This document shows positions 49,087 to 58,600 of a stretch of DNA of 64,000 nt, in pieces. The stretch spans positions 13,687-77,686 of IMG/VR virus record IMGVR_UViG_2934377003_000001. The stretch is one strand, 5' to 3'. Within the stretch, counting starts at the first letter, position 1; each line of letters starts with the position of its first letter. A program made the position numbers and the translations under genes. The notes under the pieces are model-generated. The model did not search any database. It had not been told where the DNA came from and saw only the letters and a program-made list of their open reading frames with translations. The stretch is from a virus. Taxonomy: Duplodnaviria > Caudoviricetes.

Positions 49087-50409
49087 TCAGGCGGCACCGC
49101 CCAGCGGCTGCGCGGCGATCTCCAGAACGGAGAGGTGCCGCGGAAGGCAGGTGGCGAGGTCGGTGTCCTGGTAGGCGCCTGCTGCGGCTGCGGCGGCGAG
49201 GACGTCGTTGAGGTAGAAGTCGCCGTCGGCGACCACGCGGTTGTAGTGGTTCATGAACGCGCTTCGCTCTTCGGCCTCGGGCCACCGGTTGGCACCCGCG
49301 CGGAAGCTGCGCGACCAAAGGTCGACAGCACGGTGCCGGAATGCATCGACGCCGGTGTACTCAAGTTCGTTCGGGCGCAGTCCGTGGTGCAGCTCCGAGG
49401 AGTGGTGGGAGCCGGCGAGGAGTGCGGCGCGCCTGATGCGGTCCAGCGATACGCCGCCATCCGCGAGGTCGTCGACCTGGTTCTGGACGACCCTGAGCAG
49501 GAACGTGTCCGGTGGCTCAATGTACGTGGATAGCCCGTCGAGCTCGGTCCAGGCGTCGCACCACTCGATGACGACGTCGGCACGTTCCTGGTCGGTGGCC
49601 CCGGCCATCGCATCCTGGATGGTTGAGACGCCTGTAGATCCGCCGAAGATGGCCGCCCTGATCAACTGCTCGGGGTCTGTCCATTCGCTACATGCCTCAA
49701 GTTCCATGAGGCTGCGCGCGAACTGGGCGCGCAGTTCGCCCGAGGGCTCCGCTTCCAGATCAGATGCCCACGCGCGGGCCCAGCGGTCGACGGCCGCCTG
49801 TCCGATCAGGCTGAGCGAGCCGGGGGCCTTCTTCGTTGACGGGGTGACGATCTCTTGCGCGCGCTCATGGAGTTCCTTGACCATGCGCCAGCCGATTCCG
49901 CAGGCGTAGCGAAAGGTGTTGTCGATCCTGACCGTGGGGTTGGTCATGGCCTTCTCGACGATGTCGGGCCAGACTTCCTGCGGCAGGCCGGCCGCATAGA
50001 AGGCGTCGAGGCTGCCCTTCCAACTGTCGGGCAGTTCGACGCGCTCGGTTTTCCAGCCGTTCTCTCGAGTCCATCCGCTCCAGGTCTTCCTGAAGGACTC
50101 GCGGTACTCGTTCTTCGGCGCCTGCAGCTGGCGGAGATCCTCCGCCGCCTGCTTCATGGCGTCAGCCCAGCGGAGGGCGTCGTCGCTGACGTTGGCTACG
50201 ACGGCGGAGTCGACGGTTGCGCTGCTCTTGCCGCTGTTGCACGGCTCGCAGCTGGCGACGAGGTTGTCGGGCGTGTCGGTGCCGCCGAGCGCGACGGGGG
50301 TGACGTGATCGACGCGCAGCGGGACGTCCGGGGCGGACGTGCCGCAGTAGCGGCAGGTGTGGTTGTCCCTGCGGAGGATCTCGTAGCGGAGGCGCTTGGA
50401 GACGGCCAT
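49087..50409 (-). CDS. HNH endonuclease with a long repeated C-terminal extension
   Basis: RYEILRRDNHTCRYCG...DHV.P...GG...DNLVASCEPCNSGK. Confidence 0.88.
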   Translation of the reverse strand: MAVSKRLRYEILRRDNHTCRYCGTSAPDVPLRVDHVTPVALGGTDTPDNLVASCEPCNSGKSSATVDSAVVANVSDDALRWADAMKQAAEDLRQLQAPKNEYRESFRKTWSGWTRENGWKTERVELPDSWKGSLDAFYAAGLPQEVWPDIVEKAMTNPTVRIDNTFRYACGIGWRMVKELHERAQEIVTPSTKKAPGSLSLIGQAAVDRWARAWASDLEAEPSGELRAQFARSLMELEACSEWTDPEQLIRAAIFGGSTGVSTIQDAMAGATDQERADVVIEWCDAWTELDGLSTYIEPPDTFLLRVVQNQVDDLADGGVSLDRIRRAALLAGSHHSSELHHGLRPNELEYTGVDAFRHRAVDLWSRSFRAGANRWPEAEERSAFMNHYNRVVADGDFYLNDVLAAAAAAGAYQDTDLATCLPRHLSVLEIAAQPLGGAA

Positions 50410-50488
50410 TGAGTGGTGTCCTTTGATCGTTCTGCGCTGGTCGTTCTGAGGGCGCAAAGGGGTAGACGGGGGGCTCGACTTGACGCCT

Positions 50489-50562
50489 CCGTGTACGTAC
50501 ACGACCTTACCGGTCGTGTACGTACACGGCAACGCCCTATCTGGCGCTCGTGTACACACACG
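50489..50562. promoter_or_regulatory. Palindromic operators CGTGTACGTACACG (two copies plus one variant)
   Basis: Copies at 50490-50503 and 50515-50528 together form an 18-bp perfect inverted repeat; variant at 50549-50562. Confidence 0.8.
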
Positions 50563-50577
50563 CGCTACGCTCGGACC

Positions 50578-50829
50578 ATGGCCCCGAAGGAGACCCACAC
50601 GACCGCCCGTCCCGTCCGTATCCCGCAGAAGGACTGGGATGACTTCGGCGTGCTCGTGGGAGAACGGGAGCGGTCCCGCCTGGTCCGCGAATTCATCGCC
50701 TGGTACCTGCGCAGGCCGAAGGCGACGCTCCCCAAGCGGCCAGACGCGTCCCCGCGGCCTGAAGTGACTCTCCGGCGGGACGACGACCCCACAGTGTTCT
50801 TCGAAGCGAAGTACAACCGGAACGCCTGA
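50578..50829 (+). CDS. Ribbon-helix-helix-like regulator
   Basis: RPVRIPQKDWDDF...RSRLVREFIAWY; TACGCT -10 box 6 nt upstream (leaderless). Confidence 0.7.
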   Translation: MAPKETHTTARPVRIPQKDWDDFGVLVGERERSRLVREFIAWYLRRPKATLPKRPDASPRPEVTLRRDDDPTVFFEAKYNRNA

Positions 50830-50858
50830 CATCCCTTCCTCCTTTCGTTCGTCCTCCG

Positions 50859-50886
50859 GGCCCCGCCACGCGGCGGGGCCTTTGTC
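50859..50886 (+). terminator. Intrinsic terminator
   Basis: ggccccgcc-acgc-ggcggggcc followed by tttgt. Confidence 0.65.
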
Positions 50887-50891
50887 GTGGG

Positions 50892-51761
50892 TTAGGCGGC
50901 GGCAACCTGCTTCCGCTCGCGTTTCTGTCCGGTGCGCCATTCCTGGACGATCTGCCGGACGGTGGAGATGGAGACCTCGCTGTTGAGCCGGCCGACGATC
51001 TGCTTGGGGCTGTAGCCGCACCAGGCGAGGTGTTCGATCTCGGAACGGCGGAGATCGGCGAGTTCGAAGAAGTTGAGCTCGCGGTCCGCTGTGTCCGGGT
51101 CGAACGCGGGGTCGTCGATGTGGCCGTAGTCCTCCCACCACTGGGGGTCTCGCCAGCCTTTGCTGCGGGCTACGTTGAGCGTTCGCTTCGTGTGCCTGTC
51201 CGGTTCGGGCGGTGTGGTTCGCAGTTGCGCGTAGGCGGCGGCGATCCGGTTGGCGAGGGTTCGGCGAATGGTGGGCTGCCGGCCGTTGGCGATGGACATG
51301 ATCCGGTTGGGTGACGTGTCGGCGGCCGTGGAGAGGGTGGCGTAGGAGTGGCCTTGGGCCGAGAGTGCCTGGAGTCGGCGGGTGCTGCCGGTGCAGTCGA
51401 TGTACTGGCCGGGGTCGCCGTCGCTGGGGTTCGGGACGTTGAGGATCTTCGCTTCGGTTTCGTGGCGGATCTTCGTGCGTTGGCCGTGGTAGATGGCGAT
51501 GAGGTTGCTGAACCACACGCCGGTTGCCGCTTCGAGGCTGTCCCAGCTCATCGTCTTGTGGAGGAGGCGAAGGTGGGCTTGGGCCTTGTCGGGGCTGGTG
51601 AAGGGGCTGCGTCCGAGTTCGCGGTTGATGCGGTTGTGCTTCTGGTGGCGGTTGCGGGCGGTCCGGCAGGGGGTGCAGTTGCAGCGGGGCCAGCGGCCGG
51701 GACTTCCGTATCCACGTGCGCTGGTTCCGTGCGCCGGCCGGGGCTTGGCGGCGGTGGTCAC
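50892..51761 (-). CDS. Multi-HTH DNA-binding protein with an N-terminal HG...CxCxxC motif
   Basis: HGT...CNCTPC; two HTH-like segments; STRRLQAL motif. Confidence 0.7.
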   Translation of the reverse strand: MTTAAKPRPAHGTSARGYGSPGRWPRCNCTPCRTARNRHQKHNRINRELGRSPFTSPDKAQAHLRLLHKTMSWDSLEAATGVWFSNLIAIYHGQRTKIRHETEAKILNVPNPSDGDPGQYIDCTGSTRRLQALSAQGHSYATLSTAADTSPNRIMSIANGRQPTIRRTLANRIAAAYAQLRTTPPEPDRHTKRTLNVARSKGWRDPQWWEDYGHIDDPAFDPDTADRELNFFELADLRRSEIEHLAWCGYSPKQIVGRLNSEVSISTVRQIVQEWRTGQKRERKQVAAA

Positions 51762-52442
51762 GACTTCTCCTTCCGGGGCGGGGTGTCGGTGTTCCAGGTG
51801 GCGTGGCAGGTGTTGAGGAGCTGGGTGTCGGTGCCGGGCTGGGTGTCTTCTGCGGGCCGGGTGTCGGCGAGGAGTTCGCGGGCGGCGGTGATGCGGTCGT
51901 GGGCGTCGGCGAGGCGGTCGAGGGTGCGCCAGGTGAGGCGCCACAGGATTTGGAATCCGACGGCGAGGATCACGCCGGGGCCGAACACGGCGAGCTGGGT
52001 GTCGAGCCAGGTGTAGGCGTCGATGGCGGCGGCCAGCTGGTCGACGGTCATGCGGCGGCCCTCCTGGCGGCTCGGGCCTGCTGGCGTGCTTCGCGTCGGG
52101 CGGCGGCGACGGCTTCCCGCTGGTGGGCGGGGACGCCGATCCAGACGTGGACCATGGAGTGGCCGGCGCGGATGCTGGTGCCGCCGGAGTGGTGGCGGAT
52201 GATTCCGTCGTTCTGTAGGCGGCCGGGCAGGCTTCCCCACTGCGCTTTCGGGGAGGGCGGGTCGGGGAGTCGGTGTTTGCGGCTGACCTCGTCGACGGTG
52301 AACGGCTGGCCGGTGTCCGCGGCGGCCACGAAGTAGGGCCAGACTTCGTCGACCCAGGCTTCGTAGTCGTCGACTATTCGGCGGGTCTTCGCGGGCGCTG
52401 CGGCGGCTATCTCCGTGCCGTCGAACGCGGGCTGGACGTGGC

Positions 52443-52721
52443 TCATCGGGGTACCTCTTGTCCGCAGGTGGGGCAGGTCGGGATGGGGCTCTCGGGCTGG
52501 AAGAGGTCGCCGAGCGGGACACCGAAGAGGCGGCTGAGGTGGACGATCTCGAAGGCGGTCCAGTCGCGGGGGCGGCTTTGGCGTTCGGCGGCGGACCAGA
52601 CGGCGTTGGACCACGGGGCGCCGGTGAGTTCGCCGAAGTAGCGCCCGGCCTCTTCCTGGGTCCAGCCGCGGGCGATGCGCAGGGCTCGCACGTTGCGGCT
52701 GACGGTTTCGTTGATGCTCAC
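52443..52721 (-). CDS. XRE-family HTH protein with a Zn ribbon
   Basis: NVRALRIARGWTQEEAG...; CPTCG. Confidence 0.8.
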   Translation of the reverse strand: MSINETVSRNVRALRIARGWTQEEAGRYFGELTGAPWSNAVWSAAERQSRPRDWTAFEIVHLSRLFGVPLGDLFQPESPIPTCPTCGQEVPR

Positions 52722-52786
52722 GGCGGTGTGCTCTCCTGGTTCCGGGAGCCGCCCCGATTCGGGCGGGGCGGCTCCCGATGGGTGGG

Positions 52787-53191
52787 TCAGATGGCAGTGG
52801 CGGTGTCGGCGAGCTGCGCCTGGATGGCGGCGAGCACGTCGTCGTCCGCCGTCCAGAAGCCGAGGGCGCCCTTGGCGGGCACCGGCTCCGGGAGGGCGGT
52901 CACGTCGGCGAGGGTCCAGTGGTAGAGGCCGGGCTGGGCCCAGTAGCTGCAGCAGACCTGGTTGCCGTTGTCGTAGTGGCAGCCGGTGATCGTGGCGACG
53001 GCGACGATCGCGGAGTACACGTCGAGGTGTTCGCCGTACACCTGCGCGTGGCGGTCGGGCTGGGCGCCGGCGTGGATGAGGATGCGGGCGCCCTCGTACT
53101 TCGCGGGGAGCTTCCAGGTGCGGTTCTCGACCCGCTTCGTTCCGTGGGCGATCGCGCCCGCCCAGGGCTGGCGGATGGTCAGTGCCTTCAT
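52787..53191 (-). CDS. ASCH domain protein
   Basis: KALTIRQPWA...GTKRVENRTW...IHAG...KGALGFW. Confidence 0.9.
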   Translation of the reverse strand: MKALTIRQPWAGAIAHGTKRVENRTWKLPAKYEGARILIHAGAQPDRHAQVYGEHLDVYSAIVAVATITGCHYDNGNQVCCSYWAQPGLYHWTLADVTALPEPVPAKGALGFWTADDDVLAAIQAQLADTATAI

Positions 53192-53259
53192 CAGGTGGTT
53201 TCCTTGTCGGGTGAGGGGCCGCCCGCATTGCCCGCGGGCGGCCCATTCGCGTGTGCGGG

Positions 53260-54045
53260 CTACTGCGGGGGAAGCTCGTCGTCGGCGTCCGGCTTCGGCT
53301 CGGCGGCCAGCCAGGACAGGAGCGGCCCGGCGACGTCGCGGGCGCCCTGCGGGCGCTTGATGACCTGCCGGCTCAGGCCGGGGCAGCGGGACTTGAGGAC
53401 TTCGAGGGTGTTGTCGATGTCCATGGAGACGGCGAGGTCGAACTCGTACTCGATGCCCTTGCGCTGCTCGGGCCGGGTGCCGACGCGCTGCGGCTTGCCG
53501 CCTTCCAGCACCCACTCGGTGTAGGAGCGCATCGAGCAGACGACGTGGCCGGGGTAGTCGAGGATCGCGGCGACCATGTCGTTCTGGATGGGGGTGCCGT
53601 CCTTCCAGCCGGCGAACTTGTTGCCGCCGTACCGGCTGGACGCCTTCTCGACCTGGTCGAGGGTGCCGTCGGTGCCCTTCCAGAAGTGGGAGAGGCTGTC
53701 GACGAAGACGGTCGGGTAGCCGGCCTGGGCGGCGGATTCGAGGACGCGGACCAGGTCGCGGGGGTCGTAGCGGTCCATGGGGCAGGTGTCGAACTGGATG
53801 CCGCCGATGCCGGCGTACAGGCTGGCGGCGCCCTTCTCGGTGTCGATGACGGCGAACTTGCGGCCTTCGGACAGGCCGTGGGCGATGCCGAGGCCGGTCC
53901 AGGTCTTGCCGGAGCCGGACATGCCCTGGATGGAGACGCGGGCCTTGCGGCCAGCCTTGGAGGCGGGCCGGAACGAGAACTGCTGGTCGGTGCCGTTCTG
54001 TGCCGCGCGGGGCGCGGTGCGGACGGGCTGGCCGAGCTGGGACAT
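53260..54045 (-). CDS. Sak4-like AAA recombinase (single-strand annealing protein)
   Basis: GMSGSGKT, IDTE, VDSLSH, EYEFD. Confidence 0.85.
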   Translation of the reverse strand: MSQLGQPVRTAPRAAQNGTDQQFSFRPASKAGRKARVSIQGMSGSGKTWTGLGIAHGLSEGRKFAVIDTEKGAASLYAGIGGIQFDTCPMDRYDPRDLVRVLESAAQAGYPTVFVDSLSHFWKGTDGTLDQVEKASSRYGGNKFAGWKDGTPIQNDMVAAILDYPGHVVCSMRSYTEWVLEGGKPQRVGTRPEQRKGIEYEFDLAVSMDIDNTLEVLKSRCPGLSRQVIKRPQGARDVAGPLLSWLAAEPKPDADDELPPQ

Positions 54046-54054
54046 GGGGTTCTC

Positions 54055-54897
54055 CTAGGCGTACTGGCGCTCGACCCACGAGGGCAGAGCGGTCATCGGG
54101 TTGGGCAGGTAGCCGGGCCACTCGCCGCTGGCTCGGCAGATGGCGTAGGTGTTGAGGGCGACCTCGTTGAGGTGGCGGCCGATGCTGCGGGCCATCGGGT
54201 CGCAGGTCGTGACGACGACCAGGTAGGGCGGGTCCTTCTCCTGGAGCACGAACTGCATGGGCCGCTCGGGGTCGATGAGGTCGAGGGCGATTCCGCCGGC
54301 TTCGTAGAAGTCCTGCTGCTGCATGTAGCCGTGCTCCCAGAACGCCTTCTCGAGGTCTTCGCGGCGGCAGGAGCGGGTGGTCTTGTAGTCGACGAGCTGG
54401 CCGTCGTTGCGGAGGAAGTCGAAGCGGGAGCGGCGCCAGATGCCGTTGTCGTTCCAGAACGCCGACTGCTCGGCGACGCCGGATCCGGGCTCCAGGAGTT
54501 CGACAGCCTCGGGGTGGGCCCGCAGCGCCTCGACCATGGCGGTGACCTGCTCACCCTCGTGGAAGAGCAGGGGCACGCCGCCGTCGGCGCGGATGGCGTC
54601 GCGTTCCTCGCGGGCCGCCTTGGTGCGCCAGTCGTCGAACTCGGTGACGACGATGTTGTCGCCCTCTTCGAGCACGATGCTGTGGGCGGCGGTGCCGAAG
54701 TCGAGGTGGCGCTTCGGCGGCTCCGGGTTGTCCAGCCAGTACTTGAATTTGGCGGGGCAGTCCTTGACCAGCTTGCGGGCGCCGGTGGAGGAGAGGCTGC
54801 CGCCGGGGATGGGGTCGGAGTGGTAGAGCTCAGCCTTGATGTCGTACAGGCCGGGCTGCACCTCGGCCGACGCCTCGGCCTCGACGGCGGCGGTCAT
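54055..54897 (-). CDS. PD-(D/E)xK exonuclease (RecE/exonuclease VIII-like, DUF3799)
   Basis: LSSTG...CPAKF, FGTAAH, RSRFD, DYKTT. Confidence 0.88.
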   Translation of the reverse strand: MTAAVEAEASAEVQPGLYDIKAELYHSDPIPGGSLSSTGARKLVKDCPAKFKYWLDNPEPPKRHLDFGTAAHSIVLEEGDNIVVTEFDDWRTKAAREERDAIRADGGVPLLFHEGEQVTAMVEALRAHPEAVELLEPGSGVAEQSAFWNDNGIWRRSRFDFLRNDGQLVDYKTTRSCRREDLEKAFWEHGYMQQQDFYEAGGIALDLIDPERPMQFVLQEKDPPYLVVVTTCDPMARSIGRHLNEVALNTYAICRASGEWPGYLPNPMTALPSWVERQYA

Positions 54898-55538
54898 GCG
54901 ACGCCACCCGTGACGGCGTCGAACACGTCGCGAGCCCAGCGGGCGTCACCGAGGGCGGTGTGGGCCACGTCGTCTCCCGGCGGCTCGACGCCGACCCATC
55001 GGGAAAGGTTGCGGGACGAGAGCGGGAACTCGACGATGTCCGAGTCGAGCTGCTTGCCGCCGGTCCGCAGCACCATGTCGACCTGGCCAAGCTTGCGCCC
55101 GGCGGCGAGGGTGGCAATGTCGATGGTGCGGTAGTGCCACGGCACCGTCTCCAGGAAGACCTTCAGGAAGCTGGCGTCGAAGGCCGGGTTGGAGCCGATC
55201 AGGACGGCGCCGTCGAGCATGCCGCGGAGCTGGTCCCGGAGTTCGTCGCGCTTCATGGGGTGCGGGAGCCCGCAGGCGTGGGTCATGTCGCCGACCTGGT
55301 AGTCGTCGGGCAGGGCGTTCCGTTCGCGGTACCGGTTGATCTCCATGGCCTTGGGTTCGGCCTGCTCGATCTCCCAGTTGGCGAGGCGGATCTGCCACAG
55401 GTGCTCGGTGTCGGTGCCGTTCTCACGGCGGATGACGGCGAGCTCCCACATGGAGTGCGTGTCGGGGTTGAGGCCGGTGGTCTCGCAGTCGATGAACGCG
55501 AGTGGCGCGGAGGGTTTTGTGGTGCTTTCGGTGCTCAT
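54894..55538 (-). CDS. DEDD 3'-5' exonuclease (DnaQ-like)
   Basis: FIDCETTGL, NPAFD, HTALGDA. Confidence 0.9.
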   Translation of the reverse strand: MSTESTTKPSAPLAFIDCETTGLNPDTHSMWELAVIRRENGTDTEHLWQIRLANWEIEQAEPKAMEINRYRERNALPDDYQVGDMTHACGLPHPMKRDELRDQLRGMLDGAVLIGSNPAFDASFLKVFLETVPWHYRTIDIATLAAGRKLGQVDMVLRTGGKQLDSDIVEFPLSSRNLSRWVGVEPPGDDVAHTALGDARWARDVFDAVTGGVA

Positions 55539-55667
55539 GTAATGCTCCTGAGGATGTGCTGGGTGGTGGCGGCCCGTCCCGACGGGGGGGAGGTGCGGGA
55601 CGGGCCGCCTGGATGCCGCGGAGCGTGGGGGTCGCCCAGCGCGGCGGGTCTCCTGTTGTGGAGGGGG

Positions 55668-58600
55668 CTAGCTGTGGTCGTGGATCAGCAGCCAGGCGGG
55701 CGTCGGGCGGCCGGCCAGGCCGAGGCGGACGACGGCGGCGTGCAGCGCCGCATCCCACGCGGTCAGCTCCTCGACTGTGGCGAGGTCGACGGTGATCCGG
55801 GTGACGGTGTTCTCCTCGGCACGCACGTAGCGGGTGACGAGGAGCGTCTTGTCGCGGTCGCCGACGATGATGTAGCCGACGCTGTCCGGGCTGTTGGGCT
55901 GGCCGAAGAGCGCGCGGTCGATGTCGTCGATGCTGGTGTCGTTGGGGATCTCGATGCCGTAGCCGAGGCCAACGGAGTGGTAGAGGCCCATCACTCAGCT
56001 CCCGCCGCTTCGACGATGCGGTTGTGGGCGTCGTTGAAGTCCTCGGTGTCGAGGCCCATCCACGGCACGGTGTGCGTCATCGCGGTCAAGATCTCGAAGC
56101 TGTTGAAGCTGTCGGCCTTGTACTCGGCGGCGGCCTGCTCGATGTCGGCGTCGGTGTAGGTGCCGTTGCTGGTGACGTCACCGGGCATATACGAGGTGCC
56201 GGGCTCGTCGCACCAGACGTAGGAGAGCTTCACGTACAGGCCGCGGGCGGTCTCGGTGCTGATCGCGTTCTGGAGGTCGTCCTCGGCGAGCGTCCAGTCG
56301 ATGCCGGACTTGACGAGGATGTCGACGCCCTTGAAGGCGTTCTCGCGGCACATGGCTTCGGCGATGGCGCGTCCGTCGTGGTGGCCGATCCGCCAGCGGG
56401 CCGCCGAGTTGATGGACTGGTTGTTCGGCATGCGGAAGACGACGAGGCCGGGCGCGGCCTGGATGGCGTTTGGGACGGTGTACCGCTGCTCGCCGTGGAT
56501 GATCATGCGGTAGTCGGTGGTCTCACCGATCATGGGGTTCTCCTTGTGGGATCCTGGGTTCCGGACCCCGCCCGCTATCCCCGGGCGGGGTTTCTGCTGT
56601 GGTGCGCCGCCCGCGCCGGCCGGTGTCTTCCGGCGGGGCGGCGGGTCAGGCGGCCGGGGCGTCGTCGGCGCGGGCGGCCCAGGCGGGTACGTGGGCGGGG
56701 TTGGTGCTGCCGAACGCCTCCTGCAGGGTGATGACCTTGATGGGTTCGGTGGCCTGGTCTTCGAAGGCGCTGGTGTCGCGGACCATGGGCGGCACGGTGA
56801 CCGGGTGGGCGTTGGCTTCGGAGGCCAGCTCAGGCCCGAAGCGGACCTTCAGCGCGGCCAACTCGTCGCGGAGCTGGTCGTCTTCGGCGGTGAGGTCGTC
56901 GATGTCGGCCTGCTGCTGAACGACGAGTTCCTCGGCCTCCGCCTGCCGGGACGCGGTCTCGGTGAGCCGCTGGTCGAGGAGCTGGTAGGCGTCGCTGGCC
57001 CCGAACAGCTGGCCGAGAAGGCGGCGGTTCTCGTCGCGAAGCTCGGCGACCTTGTCGGTGGCACGGCGTCGGCCGGGACCCTTCAGGCGCGGTATCAGGT
57101 TGAGGCTCACGGCTTCTCCAGGTCGGTGTCGAAGTAGCCGGCGGCCCGTGATTCGCGGACGCTGGCTGCGGTGCGGAGCTGATGGTTGAGGTTGCGGGCC
57201 TCGTCGAGCTCCCGCCCTTGGATGGCGATGAACGGGGTAGCTCGGCGGATGTACAGGCGGGCCATCGCGTTGAGGAGGCCAGCGGTCGGCGAGGTCCGGG
57301 TCGGCTGCGGGGCGGTCACGCGACTGCCTGTCGGAGGACGCGCCGGTAGAGGCTGGCGGTCGCCTTGCGCGGGGTGGGGATGAGCGGCCCGTGCCACACG
57401 TACAGGTCGGGCAGGGTGACCAGCGGCGGCAGGAAGATGACGGAGCCGCGCTCGGTCGCCCCCATCCACGGCTCGCCCGCAGGGTTCCAGTCGCCGGACC
57501 ACTGCCATTCGACGCCGGTCACGTCGGTGTGGGTGACGGCCAGGTCGAAGCAGACACCGTCATGCAGGTAGGTGGTCATGCCGTGGTCTCCTGCTCGTGG
57601 GTGCGGAGCCACTGGCGGCGGTGGTTGTAGCGGACGTGGACCTTCTCGATCTCGGTGACGTACTCGGTCGGCGTCCACGGCTTCAGGCCGCGGGCCCGCC
57701 GCGCCATCTCCGCTTCGATGCGGGCGAGGGCGTCCTGTTCGAGGTCGGCGAGCGGTCGGGGCTCGATGACGGTCGCCATGTCAGGCCACCTCGCGGAGTC
57801 GGCGGGCCCGGTTGTCGGCGGCGGCTTGGGCGGCGACGGTGGCGAGTTTGTCGACGGCGTGCTGGGCGGTGAGGGGCAGGGCGATGGAGATGGGGCCGAG
57901 GAGGATGAAGGCGTGCCCGTCGTGGACTTCGAAGGCGACCTCGTCGGGGTTGGTGCCGAGGATGATCGTCTGGTTGAGGATGCTGGTGTCGCTCACGCCG
58001 CCACCGCCTCGAACGCGCCCTTGACCATGGCGTTGTGGGTGTCGGCAGCGGTGTTGTAGCAGCCCATGCAGAGGAAGCTGACGGGCATCTCCTCGTCGGG
58101 GCTGTGCCAGGGCTGGGCGGGCGGCTGGAAGCGGAACAGGCGACGGTTGTGGCCGCAGTCGGGGCACTTGCCGTAGCGGCTGCTGCCGACGATCAGGGCT
58201 TCTTCCTGGCGCCGCAGTTCGGCCTCGCGGTCGCGGTAGGTGATGCCGCAGCCGGTGCAGTCGCCGGGCCGCAGGATCGAGCCGTGCGGGGGCTGGACGG
58301 GGAAGCGGTGCTTGCAGAGGGAAATCTTCACGGCGTTGCCTCCACGGGGTAGTTGTCGGGCAGGGGGTCGATGCCGCGGATGTCGATGGGGCCGGCGAGC
58401 CGGTCGACGTGGACGACGGTCAGGCCGTGCTGCACGTCGACCGCGGTCGTGCGGGTGCGGGTGAGCTTCGGGCGCTCCGCACGCGTCTCCGGGAAGGCAC
58501 GGACCGGGGTGCCGACGGCATACAGGCGGTTGAAGGTTTCGGCGTCCATCAGCTCGCCGCCCCGTCCTTGAAGCCGCCTCGTGCGACTGCGCGACGGACG

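Noticed and set aside
49087-51516. 809-aa ORF as listed in the ORF track
   Set aside because: The upstream part overlaps other genes and the operator region; the plausible start is the ATG at 50409
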